Origin: Promethearchaeati archaeon
GTDB lineage: Archaea; Asgardarchaeota; Heimdallarchaeia; Heimdallarchaeales; Heimdallarchaeaceae
Direction of reading: 5' to 3'
Length of the DNA: 64,000 bases
Assembly (NCBI GenBank): GCA_013166775.1
Contig: JABLTJ010000001.1
Span: 64,001 to 128,000, forward strand
A program made the position numbers and the translations under genes. The notes under the pieces are model-generated. The model was not told the DNA's origin. It did not search any database and saw nothing but the letters and a program-made list of their open reading frames with translations. Shown here in pieces: positions 28,975 through 38,125 of the stretch (positions are counted from its first letter, which is position 1; the number at the start of each line of letters is the position of its first letter).

Positions 28975-29914
28975 TCAATTGTTTTTTTAATCTCTTCAGT
29001 GTTGTTCTTACCTCTGCCACAGCATTGTGTTGATGAATGCTTTCATAGTTTATCTGTTTAACTGCAATAACTGTTTCCTCTGGATGCTCAGAGAATCTTT
29101 CACTTACCTTTTGTAAAATAGAACGAACAACATCTTCCACAAAAACTGGATTTTGATGAGCATAAAGAACAACAGCTTGCTCATCTTTCCTTTTCAATAC
29201 TTCATGAACAGGAGAACTCATTGAATTTTCAAGAATTTTAATAACATCTTCTAGTTCTACTCTTTCTGAATCTCTTGGTTGTTCAAAGAGTAAAATTGAT
29301 TTTGATCTTTGATTATGAGCAGCTATGGGAACAAGTTTTAGGATTTTATCAACATCCACAGTACTGAATCCTTCTTTCAGCAATCTCTCTTTTGTGATAT
29401 CTTTTGATAGTTCTTGCGAGCATGGACAAACAGTAGTTCCTTCCACCTCAGCACCAATAATCTTAGTTATTTTTATTCCCTTATCAGTTCTCTCTGCATA
29501 AGCCCCAGCTCTAAGTACATGTACGCTGGTTTTATTTTCTAAGATCGCTTCTGAAAAAGTTTCCATTTCATAGTCAGCACTTAGATTCACTTCAGCAAAA
29601 TTAGCTCCTGGTTGCACTTCAATAACCTTTTCTGCAATCTTAGCGCATAACTCTTCACTATCAACTATTACTTCACTACTTAATGTAGAGATTACCTCGT
29701 TAATAGCTTCAATGTTTCTTGACATATGGATACCCCTTTTACTCGGAAGTAAATCGACAAAAACATCGATTCTAGCAGATAATTCATTGTAAATTCCAAA
29801 TCTTTTTCTTCGAATTATCTTTGGTACATTACAAACCCCCACTCTACGTAATCCTATCTGGATTTTTGATTCATATGCTTGAACGTCGGATAATTCTTTA
29901 CTTCTTAGTTCCAT
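28946..29914 (-). CDS. mptA: GTP cyclohydrolase FolE2/MptA family
   Basis: DVQ, RVGV, RGIHMSR, TVCPCS, HNQRS, LKR.DE, NP.FVED.VR, ESIH.HNA.A. Confidence 0.9.
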   Translation of the reverse strand: MELRSKELSDVQAYESKIQIGLRRVGVCNVPKIIRRKRFGIYNELSARIDVFVDLLPSKRGIHMSRNIEAINEVISTLSSEVIVDSEELCAKIAEKVIEVQPGANFAEVNLSADYEMETFSEAILENKTSVHVLRAGAYAERTDKGIKITKIIGAEVEGTTVCPCSQELSKDITKERLLKEGFSTVDVDKILKLVPIAAHNQRSKSILLFEQPRDSERVELEDVIKILENSMSSPVHEVLKRKDEQAVVLYAHQNPVFVEDVVRSILQKVSERFSEHPEETVIAVKQINYESIHQHNAVAEVRTTLKRLKKQLNGFEQIEKK

Positions 29915-29926
29915 TTTAAATACCTT

Positions 29927-30733
29927 TTATAATATATCCAAGAATTTGTGCATTTGAACTGAAATTCCTATCTTATCTGGAGGAAGATATTCCGATGCTA
30001 TTCCTGAAAGCTCGATTATTTGTTCCCATGTTGGTTGTAAGATATTAGATTTAGCTGGCGGAGTAACAATTTGAATTACTATTGGTACCCCTATTCTACC
30101 ACATAATTTTGCTATTACTTCAAAATCTTCTTTTCTTGAGGATTTAGATATCACAGTTTTTGCAAAGACTTTAGCGTTGTTCTTTAATATCTCACACATT
30201 TTAATCTCTCTCTCTACTAACATTTCCCAATTGAGTGATGCTTCTGCACTACGATCTTTAACATCAACACAAGCAAAATCAATCAAATGTATAATTCGTT
30301 TCAAAAAATCTATATCTTCAGTATAAGCTGTTTCCAGATAAATCTTATAATTTTCTTTTTTGAGAAGGATAAGTAGTTTTTCTAGAAATTCAGGCTGATG
30401 TAGAGGTTCTCCTCCTGTAAAGCTAATTGAATGCAAATCATTAGTTGTTAAGTTTCTTATGGCTTCCAATATATTTTCTACTGTTACTGGATTATTTATA
30501 CCTCCAAAAGATTGTAAGCCTGCTTTTTCTTCTATTAGACATTGCTTAGGTTGATTTGCTTTTGCTTCTGGAGAGTCACACCATCTACAACCCTTTGTTC
30601 CTAGTAATCCTTGTGAAAGAGGACATCCTGCGAATCTAATAAAGATTTGTCGCAATCCATAGCAGCTACCTTCTACTGAAGCTCCTTCTCCTTGGAAACT
30701 TGAAAATATCTCCTTTATATAACCCTGTGACAT
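29927..30733 (-). CDS. queE: 7-carboxy-7-deazaguanine synthase (radical SAM)
   Basis: EIFSSFQGEG, FIRFAGC..., CRWCD, SFTGGEP, Q.HK C-terminus; que operon context. Confidence 0.9.
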   Translation of the reverse strand: MSQGYIKEIFSSFQGEGASVEGSCYGLRQIFIRFAGCPLSQGLLGTKGCRWCDSPEAKANQPKQCLIEEKAGLQSFGGINNPVTVENILEAIRNLTTNDLHSISFTGGEPLHQPEFLEKLLILLKKENYKIYLETAYTEDIDFLKRIIHLIDFACVDVKDRSAEASLNWEMLVEREIKMCEILKNNAKVFAKTVISKSSRKEDFEVIAKLCGRIGVPIVIQIVTPPAKSNILQPTWEQIIELSGIASEYLPPDKIGISVQMHKFLDIL

Positions 30734-30812
30734 TAGACTAATTTTTTCTCTAATCTAAATAAGAATTCCTTATGTTGATAGAATTGTTCAGTAATTCAGT
30801 AATACAATCTCC

Positions 30813-31316
30813 CTATAAGCTATATCTTCCGATTTGTTCAAATGTAGCATATTTTTCAATATATTCCTTAACTTTTCTTGCATATTCCTTTGGATCTCTT
30901 TTCATTAAATTAGCAGCTGTTGAATTGAGTGGATCATCAGGATTTGGATTACTCAAAATGAATCGAATAGATTCAATTACATCCACTAAATTATTTGCTG
31001 GTGTCCAATCAACTCCAAGAACACCAACACAAATTCTCGTATCAAAGACATTAGCATGAAAAACCTTGGTAAGCATTCTCACTTTTGGTGGTTTAAATGG
31101 ATATTCTCGTGGTATATCAATTTCCAGAACAAACACCCCACCCTCATACAATCCCGCTCCAAAGATAAATCCTCGCCATGATAAAGTATTTCCATCAACT
31201 GGCTTAAATGTAGGTAATTCCTTTTTAAGCTCATTTGCTTCTATAGCGATTCTTGGCCAGAATTCTTCTTCAGATAACATATGCTCATAACCTTTGGTAT
31301 TTGCTAATAATCTCAA
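30813..31316 (-). CDS. Ubiquitin-conjugating enzyme E2 family protein
   Basis: W.G.I.G...YEGG.F, YPFKPP, FHANV...RIC (catalytic Cys), WTPA, PNPDDPLN. Confidence 0.93.
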   Translation of the reverse strand: MRLLANTKGYEHMLSEEEFWPRIAIEANELKKELPTFKPVDGNTLSWRGFIFGAGLYEGGVFVLEIDIPREYPFKPPKVRMLTKVFHANVFDTRICVGVLGVDWTPANNLVDVIESIRFILSNPNPDDPLNSTAANLMKRDPKEYARKVKEYIEKYATFEQIGRYSL

Positions 31317-31326
31317 GGTTATACCT

Positions 31327-31491
31327 TTAATAGACTCCTGATTTACCCTGTTGCATCTCTAACAATATCATAAGTATTGCTGAGATTAATCCTTTTTGAT
31401 CTCCAGCTATCTTTCTGAATTCTTCTCTTTCTAGCATCAATGCAAGAGATCGCCATCTCACTAATAACTCTACGATATCTCTTTCGCTCAT
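31327..31491 (-). CDS. Small 54-aa ORF upstream of E2 (not in ORF track)
   Basis: MSERDIVELLVRWRSLALMLEREEFRKIAGDQKGLISAILMILLEMQQGKSGVY; GAGG before ATG; ends 10 bp before E2. Confidence 0.5.
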   Translation of the reverse strand: MSERDIVELLVRWRSLALMLEREEFRKIAGDQKGLISAILMILLEMQQGKSGVY

Positions 31492-31638
31492 TAGCCTCAT
31501 TTATGAAAAGTTTGCTAGATTTATTAAGATTATGTAAGGTTAAAGTCTTATGAGTACATGCTTTTTCTAGAGCTCATCTAACGCTTCCTATTCCAAAAGT
31601 TTTTTTATATACAAAGTGTTCATTTTATGTGAGAGTAC

Positions 31639-32340
31639 ATGAGTAGCCCAGAAGAAATGCTTGTTCAACTAATAAACTCAATAAACAAATTGTCGAATCT
31701 TGTGCAAAATGTAAATGAAGCAATAAATAAGCTATCAAACCAGATATCAAAACTAGAAGATAAAATGACTGGTTTCTCATCTGTTGAAAATCAAGTCTCT
31801 GAAGTAGGTTTAAAGCTTGGAGAGATTCCAGGACTAAAGACCATGATTGAAGGACTTAATGCTAAAATTGATGGAATGACACCTAAAAAAAGTAAAAAAT
31901 CTGCACCACCACCTGCCGCAGAGGTAACTCCACCTCCCGCTGCTGAATCTGCACCACCACCTGCCGCAGAGGTAACTCCACCTCCTCAAGAGTATGTATC
32001 ACCAGGTGTTGAAGAAACAGGAGGCGTTTCATCTTCCGATGCAGCAGATGCAGCTTTTTCCGCGGTCTCTGCAAAATTCAAACACATTACTCAGATGATA
32101 AGCCCTCAATCCAGTTGTGGCTCTATAGCTAAAATGCTAGAGGAACTCAGAGATGAGGTAGAGACTCATGTTGGTATGTCACCAATGTTATATGAACTTA
32201 ATTCTTGGGTTCAAAGAATAGGCAAAATGCCTGAGTCTGATATTCTCTTACCAGAAGTGCATAGCGAGTTAGTTGAGAAATTGGATGATTGGCTAAATAG
32301 AGTAACAAAAGCTATTCATCTGAAGTATCAAGAGGAGTAA
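31639..32340 (+). CDS. Hypothetical protein: N-terminal coiled coil, Pro-rich repeat linker, helical C-domain
   Basis: Heptad pattern aa 5-80; SAPPPAAEVTPPP x2. Confidence 0.75.
   Translation: MSSPEEMLVQLINSINKLSNLVQNVNEAINKLSNQISKLEDKMTGFSSVENQVSEVGLKLGEIPGLKTMIEGLNAKIDGMTPKKSKKSAPPPAAEVTPPPAAESAPPPAAEVTPPPQEYVSPGVEETGGVSSSDAADAAFSAVSAKFKHITQMISPQSSCGSIAKMLEELRDEVETHVGMSPMLYELNSWVQRIGKMPESDILLPEVHSELVEKLDDWLNRVTKAIHLKYQEE
31898..31985 (+). repeat. Direct repeat, 40-bp unit with 48-bp period, 2 copies
   Basis: AATCTGCACCACCACCTGCCGCAGAGGTAACTCCACCTCC at 31898 and 31946. Confidence 0.9.
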
Positions 32341-32426
32341 AGATTCCAACGAGAGTAATACCCTCATTAATATCGATATGATACTTATTTTTTAACATAC
32401 TAAGAGGAATATATATACGAATTGGA

Positions 32427-33062
32427 ATGAATCTTAATGATATAAAGGGTGTAATAGAAATTCAGGGTGAAACATATGATCCAAGAACAATTCTCCAAGC
32501 AATTTTAAATCAAGGATTAAAAATACAAATGACTAATGGCTCTTTATTAGTTGGAAGAACTTTCATTGATCCGTCATCAAATCTCACTCCAGAGTCATCA
32601 CCTTGCCCAATAATAGATCATTGCAAAATTTATGATAAAGTAAAATATGATTCAATTATTGCAGGTACACCACATCTTTCTTCATTAGATTTAGAATCAA
32701 GTTTCTCCTCTTTGGATCTATTTCAATCGTCTCCGAATGAATCAAGTAGAACTTATAGAGACCGAATTGAAGTAAATGATGAGGATATTGATATTAGAAA
32801 CCTTTTTGCAGACTCAACACCTCATGAGTCTACATCAGATATGGATGATGATTTTGATTTTCAATATGGTACGGATTTAAATCCTAAAACATCGTTTGAA
32901 TCCAGGGAAATGATTGGTTTATCATCACCAACTCGTTATGGCAAACCCCGTATAAAACCAAATAAAATTCCTAATAATCTAAAAGGTGGGTGCCCAGGAT
33001 GCAAGACCACAATTAATATTAATTGGAAACACTGTCCTTTCTGTGGATATATGATGAATTAA
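32427..33062 (+). CDS. Hypothetical protein with C-terminal zinc ribbon
   Basis: CPGC...WKHCPFCG; Ser/Asp-rich middle. Confidence 0.7.
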   Translation: MNLNDIKGVIEIQGETYDPRTILQAILNQGLKIQMTNGSLLVGRTFIDPSSNLTPESSPCPIIDHCKIYDKVKYDSIIAGTPHLSSLDLESSFSSLDLFQSSPNESSRTYRDRIEVNDEDIDIRNLFADSTPHESTSDMDDDFDFQYGTDLNPKTSFESREMIGLSSPTRYGKPRIKPNKIPNNLKGGCPGCKTTININWKHCPFCGYMMN

Positions 33063-33079
33063 TTAAATTTCTTTAGAAA

Positions 33080-34411
33080 TTACTCACTTCCTTCTACATC
33101 AACACATCCTTCAGGAGTAATAGCGAATACTGCTTCAGTTTCAGGAAGATATGGTGAATCGTAAATACGAATAATTCTTTTTTCTCCCTTTGATTTTCGT
33201 AAATAAAATCTTGTAATTGCCCAGTGACCTAAAATGTTCCCACCTATTGCTTGTGTAGGATCTCCAAAAAACGCTGCTGGATTTGATTGAACTTGATTTG
33301 TAATTGCTACAGCAACATTATAAGTATCTGCTAATCTGCCAAGTATCCCAAGATGATAATTTATTGTTTGTTGCCTTTCAGCAAGTGTTCCTCTACCAGC
33401 ATATTCTGCTCTAAAATGAGCTGTAGCTGAATCTAATGCTACCAATCCATATTCATCTTTATGATTGTAAAATAATTCCAACAATCTTTCAACCAAACTC
33501 ATTTGATGGTCAGAATTATATGCTCTTGCATATGTTATATCTCTTAGAACATCTTCGAATTTCTTCTCCCATCCTAATTCCTTCTGTAATTTCCCATGAA
33601 TAGCTTTTATTCTACTAGGAGAAAAGGTTCCTTCAGTATCAATAAAAACTGCTTTCTTATTTACTCCTCCTAGTTCTGAGGGTAACTGTACAGTTACACA
33701 GAGTTGATGACACAATTGTGATTTACCTGATCGAAAAGGACCAAACATTTCAATAGTTTCACCTAATCTCACCCCAGATACGCCTAATTCATCTATTGAT
33801 GTTAATGCATCTAGTGATTTAATGCCATAAGTAAACGCTGGTGCATCTTTTTGTTTCTCCAGAATGTCATATGCATTTATAAATTCAATTCCACCACGTA
33901 AATCTTTAAGAGAAACTTTGTATTTCTTTGCTGCTGCTGATGTTATTCCATATTTCTCTTCCAATTCCCTAATTGGTGTAGTTTCAAGAAGATAGACATT
34001 CAGACCCTTTTCTCTTAACATCTCTGCTGTGCCTTTTCCAATTCCAGGAAGATCTTCCAAACTAATTTCTTCTTTGAAGAACTTGTACTTTGGTATTACT
34101 TCCATTACTGCTGTTCTTATTTTTTTAGCAATAGCCCTCTGTACTCCCAAATCTTGAAGTTCAATCAATCTAGTGGTCATTAATTGTTCAATAGTTGTTA
34201 TCTCATTTTCAATAAGAACCTCGAGAGTTTTTTTACCTAAGCCTGGGATATCTTTTAGTTTCATTATTACTTCTTTTTCAGCTTTTTCTGCTTTTTCTGC
34301 TTCTTCTTCGCTTTCTTTTCGAGCTATTTCAATTAGGTGTTCTTCATATTCTTCTTCAATTTCTTTTGCATCTGGTTTGGCTATTTCTTCCTGCTTCTTC
34401 TTACTCATCAT
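33080..34411 (-). CDS. radA: DNA repair/recombination protein RadA with duplicated N-terminal HhH domain
   Basis: GPFRSGKSQ.CHQL, IDTEGTF, RAYNSDHQ, FRAEY.GRG.LAERQQ, TNQV, GGNILGH. Confidence 0.92.
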   Translation of the reverse strand: MMSKKKQEEIAKPDAKEIEEEYEEHLIEIARKESEEEAEKAEKAEKEVIMKLKDIPGLGKKTLEVLIENEITTIEQLMTTRLIELQDLGVQRAIAKKIRTAVMEVIPKYKFFKEEISLEDLPGIGKGTAEMLREKGLNVYLLETTPIRELEEKYGITSAAAKKYKVSLKDLRGGIEFINAYDILEKQKDAPAFTYGIKSLDALTSIDELGVSGVRLGETIEMFGPFRSGKSQLCHQLCVTVQLPSELGGVNKKAVFIDTEGTFSPSRIKAIHGKLQKELGWEKKFEDVLRDITYARAYNSDHQMSLVERLLELFYNHKDEYGLVALDSATAHFRAEYAGRGTLAERQQTINYHLGILGRLADTYNVAVAITNQVQSNPAAFFGDPTQAIGGNILGHWAITRFYLRKSKGEKRIIRIYDSPYLPETEAVFAITPEGCVDVEGSE

Positions 34412-34582
34412 TATGCACCAATGCTAATTCAAACAAGAGGTTAGAGTATATAAAGATAATACTTAATTTACTATCTAACTTTCCTAAATTTAACTTCTTC
34501 GAAGGGAGACCCCATTGTAAAAGTAAAGAAAAAAAGAATATTCTAATGTCTTCAAACATGCAACTTAAATTATAACATTCTT

Positions 34583-35092
34583 TTAGAAATCTATCCCTTT
34601 TCTAGCTTCAATACCTTTGTTATAAGGATGTTTTTTTTCATCAACATAGATTAAGTTGTCCGCTCTTTTTCGAATACTTTGAGGTATTTTTCTTCCGGTG
34701 ATAATTATTTCCTCTGTTATAAATTTGAATAGCGTTTGGATTTCTTTCCATCTCACAAGCTTAAAGAAAAGAGTTACTCCTAACTCATCCAATAGCAATA
34801 TATTTCGTTTGTTGATTTTCAAAAAATCTTTCAGTTCTTGAATGCCTATTTTAATGGAATTCCTAAAATCTTTTCTATTGCTCGTTTTAGTAAAGAACCC
34901 TTCTTTACCAAAGTAGAACCATTCAATCGCATCATATTCTTTGAAAAAATAGCATTCCCCACAATTCTTTCCTGTTTTGAGAAACTGAGCAACAGTTATT
35001 TTTTTATTCAACAAAGACTGGAGATAAATGTGTCCTAAAGAATAAGTTGTCTTGCCTTTCCCTTCACCATAGATTATTGTGAGTCTCGCCAT
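34583..35092 (-). CDS. cobO: Cob(I)alamin adenosyltransferase CobO/BtuR family
   Basis: YGEGKGKTT, QFLK, LLDE, TGR, KHPY.KGI.ARKGIDF. Confidence 0.85.
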   Translation of the reverse strand: MARLTIIYGEGKGKTTYSLGHIYLQSLLNKKITVAQFLKTGKNCGECYFFKEYDAIEWFYFGKEGFFTKTSNRKDFRNSIKIGIQELKDFLKINKRNILLLDELGVTLFFKLVRWKEIQTLFKFITEEIIITGRKIPQSIRKRADNLIYVDEKKHPYNKGIEARKGIDF

Positions 35093-35154
35093 TTTGATCC
35101 CTAGAAGTTTTACATTCTTAAATATTAAGCAGTTAAATAAACACCAAGAATTGT

Positions 35155-35616
35155 TTATGAGGTTTTTACTTCATCCGCTTCTTCCTCATTCTTCTGAACA
35201 TCTTTTTTTCCTGAAATTTCTTTTTCTTGTTGCTTCTTTTTCCCTATAAGTTGTTTGGCTGTTTTATCATACATCTTTCCAGTTCCATCACAAACAGGAC
35301 ACATTTCTGTTCGAGCTTCTTTTCTTCTTCCAGTATCCACATATCCAGTTCCATAACAATAAGGACAATTAACTCCAATAACTCGCGCACCTCTTCTAGA
35401 ATAGATAAAAGATAAAGTTGCAAAGAGAACTCCTAAAACGATAAAGATGATTCCAGCATTTTCCAATCCCCTCCCATCCCCTCCCTGTTCAGAAATTAAA
35501 GCTCCCCTATCATATGTATATAATCCTATGATGAATAATATTGCCCCTAAAAGGAACATTAAGTAATAAGTAACGTAAATCTTTAAATTGGAGGTTCTCT
35601 TGATTTTTTTACTCAT
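35155..35616 (-). CDS. Two-TM membrane protein with DnaJ-type zinc finger
   Basis: Two hydrophobic helices then CPYCYGTG and CPVCDGTG. Confidence 0.75.
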   Translation of the reverse strand: MSKKIKRTSNLKIYVTYYLMFLLGAILFIIGLYTYDRGALISEQGGDGRGLENAGIIFIVLGVLFATLSFIYSRRGARVIGVNCPYCYGTGYVDTGRRKEARTEMCPVCDGTGKMYDKTAKQLIGKKKQQEKEISGKKDVQKNEEEADEVKTS

Positions 35617-35671
35617 TGAAGTAAATTTTATTCAAACGCTGAAAAACATTGTGTTCTTATTTGAATGGCTA

Positions 35672-36223
35672 TTATCTACCAGAAGATCGTCTTCTGTAAT
35701 TTACCATTGCTGATGCCACTAGTGCTGTAACAAACTCCCCTACTCCTTCACCTGTTAAAGCTGAAGTTTCTCTATATCTACATCCTAATTTTCGACTTAT
35801 ACGCTCTGCATCTTCTCTGTTTACCTCACGACCAACATCTGTTTTGTTTCCAACCAAAGTAATGTCCACTTTGAGATCTTGTTCTCGCAGCTCTCTTATC
35901 CAATTAGCGCATTCTTTAAACGATTCTTTGCTTGAAACATCGAAAATAATTGCAGCAGCATTAGTACCTGGGTAAAGAAGTTTTCTTACAACACCGAATC
36001 TGTTCTGGCCTGCCATATCATAAAATAATGCTACAGCTTTCCCCTTTTTTGTTTTAAAAGAATATGAGTGAAATTCAGCACCACAAGTTGGTTTATATTT
36101 TTGTGAGAAAGAATTCTCTGTTAATCTTTTACAAATTGACGTCTTGCCAGATTTACCTGGCCCACAAATAGCCAACTTATAGATATCATAATCTCTGAAT
36201 TTTACTTGTACCCTAGAGCCCAT
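35672..36223 (-). CDS. Rab/Ras-like small GTPase
   Basis: G1 GPGKSGKT, G2 PT, G3 DMAGQ, G4 NKTD, G5 SA. Confidence 0.92.
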   Translation of the reverse strand: MGSRVQVKFRDYDIYKLAICGPGKSGKTSICKRLTENSFSQKYKPTCGAEFHSYSFKTKKGKAVALFYDMAGQNRFGVVRKLLYPGTNAAAIIFDVSSKESFKECANWIRELREQDLKVDITLVGNKTDVGREVNREDAERISRKLGCRYRETSALTGEGVGEFVTALVASAMVNYRRRSSGR

Positions 36224-36329
36224 TCAATGAGCACCACTTAACACCCTTCAGATTAAATTAAAAGACGGTGTAATACTAAGCAATTACGAGAAAAATATCT
36301 TCCTTCATCTACGGGATAGTATTCTATTT

Positions 36330-36351
36330 ATGAGAAATTCACTTTTCTCAT
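36330..36351. promoter_or_regulatory. 8-bp inverted repeat between divergent genes (possible operator)
   Basis: ATGAGAAA-N6-TTTCTCAT. Confidence 0.3.
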
Positions 36352-36418
36352 TATTATAGAAAACCATAGATTATACTCAGTGGTTAATTCTTAAATATGA
36401 AGATTCTAATTTAATAAT

Positions 36419-37273
36419 ATGACAACAGAAATCACGAAGGTTGTTGTAGTCGGAGCAGGAACAATGGGGAGTGGCATTGCATTGGTTCTTGCTCAAGCTG
36501 GAATAGAAGTTAACTTAGTTGATACTGAACAGAAATATCTAGATTCTGGAGAAAATCGAATACGAAGATTTCTTGAGGGAAGTGTAAAAAGGGAAAAGAT
36601 GACACAGGAAAAAGCCGAAGAAATAATGAATCTTATTAATCCAATGTTGGATTTATCAAATGCAGTTGAAGGCATTCAGATAGTGATTGAAGCTATTGTT
36701 GAGGATGAATTAACAAAAAAAGCACTTTTCAAAAAACTTGATGATTTATGTGATGCGGGAGTAATTTTTGCTAGTAACACTTCTGCAATCAGTATAACAG
36801 AATTGGCTTCTGTAACAAAAAGAAAAGGAAAATTTGTAGGAATGCATTTCTTTAATCCCCCGACTCTGATGAAGCTAGTAGAAATAATAAAGGGTGAACA
36901 ATCAGAAGAAATCTTTGTTGAGAGAATAAAGTCACTCTGTGTAAAGTTAGGTAAGATTCCAATACCCTCAAATGAAGCACCAGGATTTATTATTAACAGA
37001 TTATTATGGCAATTTTTAAATGAAGCGTATAGGCTTCTAGAATCTGGAATAGCGGAAGCAAAACACATTGATGAAGCAGTAAAACTTGGATTGAATCATC
37101 CAATGGGGCCTTTTGAGCTTTCTGATTATATAGGATTAGATGTATTATTACAGATCGGAGAATATATATCCGAACAACTTGGGGAGGAATATACTCCGGT
37201 TAATTTATTAAAATTGATGGTTGACGAGGGGAAGTTAGGAAAGAAGACTGGAAAAGGTTTTTATGACTATTAA
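36419..37273 (+). CDS. 3-hydroxyacyl-CoA (3-hydroxybutyryl-CoA) dehydrogenase
   Basis: GAGTMGSGIA, EAIVE, SNTS, GMHFFNP, PGFI.NR, HPMGP, GKKTGKGFY. Confidence 0.93.
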   Translation: MTTEITKVVVVGAGTMGSGIALVLAQAGIEVNLVDTEQKYLDSGENRIRRFLEGSVKREKMTQEKAEEIMNLINPMLDLSNAVEGIQIVIEAIVEDELTKKALFKKLDDLCDAGVIFASNTSAISITELASVTKRKGKFVGMHFFNPPTLMKLVEIIKGEQSEEIFVERIKSLCVKLGKIPIPSNEAPGFIINRLLWQFLNEAYRLLESGIAEAKHIDEAVKLGLNHPMGPFELSDYIGLDVLLQIGEYISEQLGEEYTPVNLLKLMVDEGKLGKKTGKGFYDY

Positions 37274-37313
37274 GTAGTGGCTTAGATTTGAAAGAAATAG
37301 ATAGATTAGCTAT

Positions 37314-38018
37314 CTATCTTCTCCTTATATAGAGAACTACTGAAGCAACAACTGCAGCTATAATTGGAATAAATGCGAAAACGAACCATCCCCAACCGAT
37401 TTTGATTTGTTTTCCAAGCCTCCAATTAGGAACGGAGCTATCCCAAACATCCTCTTCTGAATAAAATTCCAAGAGCAAATCAAGTTGACTACTGGCTTCA
37501 TTCAAATCTGGATAATGATCATAATATGTCATATCTGCCCTTGGTAAACTTCTGGATCCGCTATCGCCACTGGTAACATTATAGAAGAAAATGAATTCCG
37601 TACCATTTACTATTTGTGAAATATTGAATGTTAGCACATTTTCTGTAAAATAACCATATGTTATATCCATTGCAGTGAACCCATTTTCTGATGACGATTG
37701 CATTGGGTTTTCTAATGTAATGTTACCGTCATCAAGACTACCAAATTCACATGAAGTTAGTTTCAATGATTCTGTTACAGTAAGGTTTAGAGTTACAGTT
37801 ACATTGGTAATTGTATAATTAAAGAAGTTTTTAATAAAAATACCAACAGTAAAATTCGAATCTACAGGCACTCTGTTCTGCATTTTTTGCTGGCCAAATA
37901 CTAATTCATTCGAAGGAATGTAACTATTAGTTGGTTTTATGAATAGCATAGTAAAGATTAATAGAGTAGTTAGTGCAATTTGGATGTTTTTTTTCATTGT
38001 AAAACTCCTTGAAAGCAT
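37314..38018 (-). CDS. Signal peptide + Ig-like domain + C-terminal TM protein, TRAP-beta(SSR2)-like
   Basis: Signal peptide, NR......FTV..FIKN....I.NV, G...LPRA..TY, C-terminal TM with RRR tail; many N-x-S/T sequons. Confidence 0.5.
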   Translation of the reverse strand: MLSRSFTMKKNIQIALTTLLIFTMLFIKPTNSYIPSNELVFGQQKMQNRVPVDSNFTVGIFIKNFFNYTITNVTVTLNLTVTESLKLTSCEFGSLDDGNITLENPMQSSSENGFTAMDITYGYFTENVLTFNISQIVNGTEFIFFYNVTSGDSGSRSLPRADMTYYDHYPDLNEASSQLDLLLEFYSEEDVWDSSVPNWRLGKQIKIGWGWFVFAFIPIIAAVVASVVLYIRRR

Positions 38019-38125
38019 AAAAAGTGAGTATATTTTTAACTTTAACTCTTCATGTCAACGAATTTTCTGCTGCTTTATATCTTCTGACTAAGAGAAATCA
38101 ATAAAAATTTAGAAAAATGATTTGG

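Noticed and set aside
27122-30733. Deazaguanine DNA-modification (Dpd) defence island
   Set aside because: No dpdA/tgt-like or other dpd genes nearby; housekeeping archaeosine precursor synthesis is sufficient.
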